Notes under the pieces: generated by a model
Seen by the model: only the letters and a program-made list of their open reading frames with translations
What the model was told of the DNA's origin: nothing
The model's database searches: none
Part shown: positions 34,627-39,788 of the stretch, one piece after another
How positions within the stretch are numbered: position 1 is the stretch's first letter
Layout: each line of letters opens with the position of its first letter
Origin: a virus
Taxonomy: Duplodnaviria > Caudoviricetes
Virus record (IMG/VR): IMGVR_UViG_3300016484_000793
Span: 1 to 39,788 of that record
DNA length: 39,788 bases
Reading direction: 5' to 3' (one strand)
Position numbers and translations under genes: made by a program

Positions 34627-34704
34627 GCCGATCCTTTATTTCCACGGCCAAAATGTTTATGCTTACCCAAGGTTACGAGGAAACACTTGACGTGTGAGGC
34701 GCAC

Positions 34705-35226
34705 ATGGCGACAGGGAAAAAAACGGGGGGAAAGAACTGGCAGAAAGGGCAGTCGGGTAATCCGTCTGGATATAAGGGCCTGACTGACATCCAGCTCACT
34801 AAACATCGTACCAGAGACGAGATCCTAAAGGCCATGTGCTCGCTTCTAATGAAGCCCATGACTGAAGTTCACGACCTCGCGACCAAAAACACTCCTACTG
34901 AATTCGGTGCGCCCACGACCGAAGATAAATGCGTTGATGTCCTTATTGCGAGCGTGATCAGCAAAGCCGTGGTCATGGGATGTCCATCTCGGCTCAACTA
35001 TCTTTTCCAGCATATAATCGGCAGACCGCAGACTGTGGAAGAGATTGACCTGCATGCGGAAGAACTCCTGCGAAAGCAGAAGAAGCTTCTTGAGCGCGAG
35101 CTTCCAGACCTGGCCGATATCGTCGGCGGTGCAATACCAGGCGCGAAGCCATCGGACCTTATGCAACTCTTCCGCGTCATCCAGCAGGTGAAAGAGAATG
35201 CAGTCCCAGCAGCTCCAACAACTTGA
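34705..35226 (+). CDS. terS: Terminase small subunit
   Basis: W.KGQSGNPSG N-terminal motif; immediately upstream of and overlapping terL. Confidence 0.7.
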   Translation: MATGKKTGGKNWQKGQSGNPSGYKGLTDIQLTKHRTRDEILKAMCSLLMKPMTEVHDLATKNTPTEFGAPTTEDKCVDVLIASVISKAVVMGCPSRLNYLFQHIIGRPQTVEEIDLHAEELLRKQKKLLERELPDLADIVGGAIPGAKPSDLMQLFRVIQQVKENAVPAAPTT

Positions 35227-36712
35227 TGACCTGGAAGACCGCGTCCGGGAAGAACTCTGGCTCCAAGGGGAGCTGGAGTTTTTGTTATGGCCGCAGCAGG
35301 TTCCAATTTGGAAGGCGATATTTTCGATTCCACCGGGCGTAAACGAATTTGTGAATGATATCTCTCGCCAGTTCGGAAAGTCGGTCATAGGCTGTAATTT
35401 CTCGCTTGCTCGCGCCATCCGCATGCGAAACAAAGGCTGGCTCATCGTCGGCCCAGACATCGACCAGACCAGAGAGATCGTGAACGACAAAATGCGGCTC
35501 CTTCTGGAAACCGCTCCAGATGGCCTTATCAAGCCAATCCCTTCCGAGAACAAATGGCGAATCTATCACGATCGCGATTGGTCAGCTCAGGACTACAGCG
35601 AGATCGGCATCACTGGCTTTAAGGAAGGCGCATCCTCCCGCCGTGGTAAAACCATACAGGACATCGTCTTCGAGGAGATCGTTGACGTTCATGAGGACGT
35701 TTTCAGCTATAAGGTACGCTCTGTCTTCGGCCCGATGATGACGCATTCCGATGGCGGCATCATGCTTTTCAACACGACCAGGCCGAAGCAGCCGCATCAT
35801 CCCTATCTCACTGAAGTCATGCCGCGCGCCAAGCTCAGAAAGGCTTACATCAAGCGCACCATTGACGACAACATCGCGCTTTCGGCTGAACAGAAGGCCG
35901 CAGCCATCGAGCGCTCAGGCGGTCCGGATTCCGATGACACAAAGCGCGAGCTTTACTGCATCACGGTTGTCGATAAGAAGCTCGCGTGTGTTCCTGATTT
36001 CAAACCAGATCGCGACATCGGGGAATTCGACCTTCCCCAATACTGGTTCCCCTTCGTATCCATTGACTGGGGAGGGGTGCGGGATAAGACATGCGCGCTT
36101 CTCTACACCTATGACTACATGCTGAACCTTCTTCTATTCATCGATGAACGCGTCTTTGATCCGAACACCGCAACATCGAAGATCATCCCCGAAGTCATGG
36201 AGATGGAAAAGCAATGGCTTCCCCTCTCGGGGCATGACCAGATCAGAAGTCGCTGGGTCGATGCTCCCCCAAACTTTGTCACGACAGACCTTTGGGCCGA
36301 TTATAAGTACCGGGCAAACATGCCTCTAAAGCTCGATTGGGAAGCGACCCTTAACGGGCTCAACAACGCCTTTCACAGAAACCAGGCGCGAATCCATCCC
36401 CGCTGCAGATTCCTCTCGGTCTCCTGCGAGTCCGGGATCCTGAATAAGAACCGGACAGATTTCGAGCGCACGATTGCCCTTGGGCATATGGATGGAGTTG
36501 CTGCGGCAATGTATGCGAACCGCATGCTGGACAAGTCCAACCCATTCCCCCAGCACGCGATCATCCCTGTGAGTCAGCAAATCTTGCAGCCTTCCCAGAG
36601 TCATGCGATTATTGGACAGAATCCGGCTCCCCATATGCAGCAGAAAAGATCTCTCTCGCAGATCGCTCAGCCTTTCAGGGAAACCAAAGGATTCGGAAAG
36701 CATCGGAGGTGA
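35198..36712 (+). CDS. terL: Terminase large subunit
   Basis: Walker A SRQFGKS, Walker B IVFEE, coupling motif FNTT, nuclease SIDWG..D, GHMD. Confidence 0.92.
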   Translation: MQSQQLQQLDDLEDRVREELWLQGELEFLLWPQQVPIWKAIFSIPPGVNEFVNDISRQFGKSVIGCNFSLARAIRMRNKGWLIVGPDIDQTREIVNDKMRLLLETAPDGLIKPIPSENKWRIYHDRDWSAQDYSEIGITGFKEGASSRRGKTIQDIVFEEIVDVHEDVFSYKVRSVFGPMMTHSDGGIMLFNTTRPKQPHHPYLTEVMPRAKLRKAYIKRTIDDNIALSAEQKAAAIERSGGPDSDDTKRELYCITVVDKKLACVPDFKPDRDIGEFDLPQYWFPFVSIDWGGVRDKTCALLYTYDYMLNLLLFIDERVFDPNTATSKIIPEVMEMEKQWLPLSGHDQIRSRWVDAPPNFVTTDLWADYKYRANMPLKLDWEATLNGLNNAFHRNQARIHPRCRFLSVSCESGILNKNRTDFERTIALGHMDGVAAAMYANRMLDKSNPFPQHAIIPVSQQILQPSQSHAIIGQNPAPHMQQKRSLSQIAQPFRETKGFGKHRR

Positions 36713-36826
36713 AGGCATGACAACGATTTTGAACATGCTCTTTCGTCGCAAGAAAAATCTCTGGGATCTCTCTGTGGAGCAGCGCCTGCTCCTGTCGTCC
36801 ATGAATCCGTATCGGGGCCTACTTGC

Positions 36827-37027
36827 ATGAGATCTTTGAAGCGCGTGGAAAAAGAAGTCTGGTCGCGATACCAGGATGGCCAGAACTATGAGCAAATTTC
36901 GCGTATGACCCGCATCCCGATCCGGGCTGTCCAGAATATCGTCGAAGAGTATATCGTGCTTGGCCCACCAGAAGAACGCGAGCGCGTGGAAAAATCGAAG
37001 AAGATGACCTCGCCGGCTGCTGGGTGA
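36827..37027 (+). CDS. Small HTH protein (sigma region 4/LuxR-like)
   Basis: EKEVW..Y.DG.NYEQISRMTRIPIRAVQNIV. Confidence 0.6.
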   Translation: MRSLKRVEKEVWSRYQDGQNYEQISRMTRIPIRAVQNIVEEYIVLGPPEERERVEKSKKMTSPAAG

Positions 37028-37078
37028 TATGCTACCAAACAGGTCACGAAACTTGTTCAACGCAGTCCCAAGGCCGCT

Positions 37079-37471
37079 ATGAAACTCTCCAGCTCCAAGT
37101 CATTTGACGTAAACGAAGTCCTTCAAGCTCTCCGCAAGGCGAAGCTTGAAGCGCTAGAACCGTTTATCGACACATTGGCTTCCCATATCTCCGAAGTCAC
37201 ATCCGCTCTGCGCAACAAGTTGACTGTATCTGAGAACTTGGCCGCGTTTGAAAGGGAGTACGAGCTTAAGCATGACAGGGACACGATCATTGACGTGAGC
37301 GCGCTTAACGCGACAGTCAACGCGATCGTTCCGCTAAAGGTCATGCCATACGCGAATCCCATCACTTCATTCGCTTGGGAATACACGATCACAGGTGAGC
37401 TGCGATGCCGCGCGAAGTTCGAAGGCGCTCCAGACACCGCTTGCAAGGTGAGGTTACGAATAGAGGCATAA
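37079..37471 (+). CDS. Putative virion (tail-associated) protein
   Basis: Helical N-terminus ending ALRNKLTVSENL, then a beta domain. Confidence 0.55.
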   Translation: MKLSSSKSFDVNEVLQALRKAKLEALEPFIDTLASHISEVTSALRNKLTVSENLAAFEREYELKHDRDTIIDVSALNATVNAIVPLKVMPYANPITSFAWEYTITGELRCRAKFEGAPDTACKVRLRIEA

Positions 37472-37485
37472 ACTGATTTTTCACC

Positions 37486-37536
37486 TTGATTTTTAGCAAA
37501 CTGGCTCAGCATAATTAGCCAGGCTATTCTTTTTTT
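37486..37536 (+). promoter_or_regulatory. Overlapping sigma70-like promoter and terminator-like hairpin before the scaffold gene
   Basis: TTGATT-N18-CATAAT; CTGGCT..AGCCAG stem followed by a T run. Confidence 0.4.
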
Positions 37537-37556
37537 GTCCGAAAAAGGTGAAGAAG

Positions 37557-38540
37557 ATGGAAAACCAAGGCTCTACGGCGCAGCAAACTCCTATTTCAAC
37601 GCCACAAGGCAATTCCCCTTCACCGAAGCAGACGCAGCAAAATCCCCCAGACATCCCCGACTTTCGCGGCACCAAACACAAATTTAAAGCAAACGGCAGA
37701 GAGATAGAAGTCCCATACGAGGACCTGATCACGCGTGCAGCGAAAGCAGAAGGCGCGGAAGCCAAGCTCCAAGAAGCATCCCGCTTGCGGAAAGCTGAGG
37801 AGGAACGGCGAAAGCGCTGGCAGTCTGAAGAATATGAGCTTTCAGATGACGAGATCATCGAGCAGTTCGGAAGTGTCGATCGCTTTCAAAGGCTTGCTGA
37901 AGAAGCGATCTGGAAGCGGATGAATTACGAGAAGCTTTCACCTGCGGAACGCAAAGCGCTCCAGCTTGAGCAGGAGAATAAGCGTCTCAAGGACGAAGAC
38001 GATCGCCGCAAACAGAACGAAGAGAAGTCCCGAGGCGATGCCATGCTTCAGGATTCTGTCAAGAGGATCGATCGACTTGTCACCGATGCTATCGAGGATG
38101 CGAAGGCGTCTGGTATCATGGTAGCAGATCTTCCAGAAGCCATGGAGCTGATGCTCGACGAATACATGGCGCACCTTGAATATCTCAAGGATCTAGACTC
38201 CCAAGGTATCCCCATCCCTAAAGATGAACTTTCGCATAAGAAGGTCCTGGAGAGAATCCAAGGCCGTTATAACGAAAGGACTCTTGGATATATCGGAAAG
38301 CTGCCGGCTTCCGAGTTGCGCAAAATACTGTCCAAGGAACAGATCGCAGCTCTGAGGCAGGAAGAAGTTTCATCACTGCATGGCGGGAATATCCTGCAGC
38401 CCAGGACCTCCCAGACCCAGCAGAAGGAACAAAGTGTCTTCGATCGAAAGAAGCCGGCTCCTGATCAGCGCCGGATGAAATCGAAAGACCTATGGGCAAA
38501 GATGGATGAACTCCATGGCGGCAAATCTACCAGAAGGTAG
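37557..38540 (+). CDS. Capsid scaffolding protein
   Basis: Disordered N-terminus, HKFKANGREIEVPYEDL, long charged coiled coil; upstream of the capsid genes. Confidence 0.75.
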   Translation: MENQGSTAQQTPISTPQGNSPSPKQTQQNPPDIPDFRGTKHKFKANGREIEVPYEDLITRAAKAEGAEAKLQEASRLRKAEEERRKRWQSEEYELSDDEIIEQFGSVDRFQRLAEEAIWKRMNYEKLSPAERKALQLEQENKRLKDEDDRRKQNEEKSRGDAMLQDSVKRIDRLVTDAIEDAKASGIMVADLPEAMELMLDEYMAHLEYLKDLDSQGIPIPKDELSHKKVLERIQGRYNERTLGYIGKLPASELRKILSKEQIAALRQEEVSSLHGGNILQPRTSQTQQKEQSVFDRKKPAPDQRRMKSKDLWAKMDELHGGKSTRR

Positions 38541-38580
38541 TTGGATTTAAACGGCTCTGTTTCTCGTTCTGCCTTTAGTT

Positions 38581-38697
38581 CGCGTCCTTGAACGCTTGCA
38601 TCCTATCCCCAACGCGGGACGGCCCAACGCCAAGACGGAAAGTAACTACGGCAAGTGAATTCGCCTGACGGCGCGTTTCTTGGTTCGGTTTCTTTTC
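38581..38697 (+). ncRNA. Candidate structured cis-regulatory RNA upstream of the capsid genes
   Basis: Nested stem GAA-CGCTTGC/GCAAGTG-AA-TTC enclosing two small hairpins with a repeated CCCAACGC; U-rich tail. Confidence 0.4.
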
Positions 38698-38727
38698 ATC
38701 AACAATTTGGCAAAAAAGGGCATTAGG

Positions 38728-39228
38728 ATGTCTAATACTCGTCCCAATGAATATTGGCAGGAACAACTCGGTTCGACTCAGCCTCACACTCTCAAGTTTC
38801 CATTTCAAATCACCGCAGCAAAAACTGTATCGCTTAAGCCGCAAGGCGTAGGCGCTGTTTTGTCGTTCTTCGATGCGCTCGCCAGCCAGGCGGTCATTGA
38901 CACCTTCTTCGACAGCACAAACGAATTCACGCTCGCCAAGTTCGATGCAACATCGATGGGCGCGGATACGTTCGGCGTTCTCGTGAACTGTGCGAAGCAG
39001 GTCAAAAAATTGGTCGCCGCTCGCGCTGTCTGCTACTCGGGCACCGATGGCCAGACAGTCGTCCAAACCGCGACCATGACCGCTTTGGCAGATTCGACGC
39101 TCGCATCGCAGGCAAGCGTTTCCTCCCTCGGAAACCTCGGCGCGAAATTCAACTTCGGGAACACGCCAGACTTCGATGCCCTGACAGCAGGGATCATCGT
39201 CGTCGAATTCGACGTGATCTTTAAGTAA
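38728..39228 (+). CDS. Putative capsid decoration/cement protein
   Basis: 166 aa, A/T/S/G-rich, beta-type; directly upstream of the capsid gene. Confidence 0.55.
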   Translation: MSNTRPNEYWQEQLGSTQPHTLKFPFQITAAKTVSLKPQGVGAVLSFFDALASQAVIDTFFDSTNEFTLAKFDATSMGADTFGVLVNCAKQVKKLVAARAVCYSGTDGQTVVQTATMTALADSTLASQASVSSLGNLGAKFNFGNTPDFDALTAGIIVVEFDVIFK

Positions 39229-39301
39229 GTCGCGGCGCAAGTCGCGTCATCGAATTCTCGCAACACGAAGAAAAAACGACAAAATAATAAGGATTTGAGA
39301 T

Positions 39302-39788
39302 ATGACATCTCCAGCAACGCCAGATACCGTCAATCTTTTCAAGGAATGCTATGGTGAACTGCAGGACATCCTGCCTCAAGACTTCATGCTCCAGGAAGAT
39401 ATTCCTTTCTCGGAAGCAGGCAAAGTCGGTGAGAAGTTCGTTGAAGCTGTAGTCCTCACGAACGAAACTGGCTGGTCCATCCTCGGCTCTGAAGCCGTTG
39501 CGATGACGATCAACCCAGCAATCGCAGGCGCAGTGCAGCAGTGCGAGATCACTCCATACCAGACCGTTCTTGCGTCTCTGGTTCCTTGGGGCATGATCAG
39601 CCGTACCCAAGGCAACAAGCAAGCTTTCTACAGCGTGACCAAACACACTGTGCGTAACAACATCCGTTCGCACAGTAAGCTCCTCGAAATTATCCGCCTG
39701 TACGGTCAGTCGGATAACCTCCTGGGCCGCGTGAGCTACTACACCGGCACCTACCGCGGCGCGGCTTTCACCAACGGTTCCGGAACCG
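39302..39788 (+). CDS. Major capsid protein, N-terminal part (continues at position 1)
   Basis: A-rich leader with SD AAGGA; MTSPATPDTVNLFKECYGELQDILP...; open to the window end; missed by the ORF track. Confidence 0.85.
   Translation, partial: MTSPATPDTVNLFKECYGELQDILPQDFMLQEDIPFSEAGKVGEKFVEAVVLTNETGWSILGSEAVAMTINPAIAGAVQQCEITPYQTVLASLVPWGMISRTQGNKQAFYSVTKHTVRNNIRSHSKLLEIIRLYGQSDNLLGRVSYYTGTYRGAAFTNGSGT

Larger units (their letters stand above)
1..39788. mobile_element. Complete circular(ly permuted) temperate-type podovirus-like phage genome
   Basis: Terminase, portal, capsid, tail tubular proteins, integrase, initiator and endolysin are all present; no host housekeeping genes; the capsid ORF continues in frame across the window ends. 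Confidence 0.95.

Noticed and set aside
34846-35553. 235-aa minus-strand ORF over the terminase genes (also 36326-37060 and 38575-39240)
   Set aside because: Antisense shadows of well-supported plus-strand genes
39233-39248. GCAA-tetraloop hairpin before the capsid gene as a terminator
   Set aside because: No U tract; more likely an mRNA-stabilising or processing hairpin, too small to call
1-39788. Stop-codon reassignment
   Set aside because: Genes are full length in the standard code, and TAA, TGA and TAG all end tightly coupled genes

Overview
The window is a complete, circularly closed ~39.8 kb temperate-type podovirus-like (Caudoviricetes) phage genome. The major capsid ORF starts at 39302 and reads in frame across the end/start junction to 827. 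Modules: (i) a + strand virion module (terminase, scaffold, capsid, fibre, tail adaptor and nozzle, a displaced portal, four ejection-type proteins); (ii) a - strand early operon with RecE/RecT followed by small proteins resembling anti-defence nucleotide sponges; (iii) a tyrosine integrase with a candidate attP; (iv) a replication initiator with internal iterons and a DnaA box, preceded by a candidate antisense-RNA/leader-peptide control; (v) many small + strand genes, including a dual-frame C5 methyltransferase and a serine resolvase; (vi) an inverted lysis cassette. I found no CI/Cro repressor, helicase, polymerase, spanin, tRNA or CRISPR. The best leads are the two-frame (EcoHK31I-like) methyltransferase, the putative multi-sponge anti-defence operon, a tail fibre with an apparent Sec signal peptide, RNA-based control of replication in place of a repressor, and a sigma28-driven lipoprotein moron that hints at a motile, possibly Bdellovibrionota, host (inference). 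All family assignments are by-eye motif recognition, not database searches.
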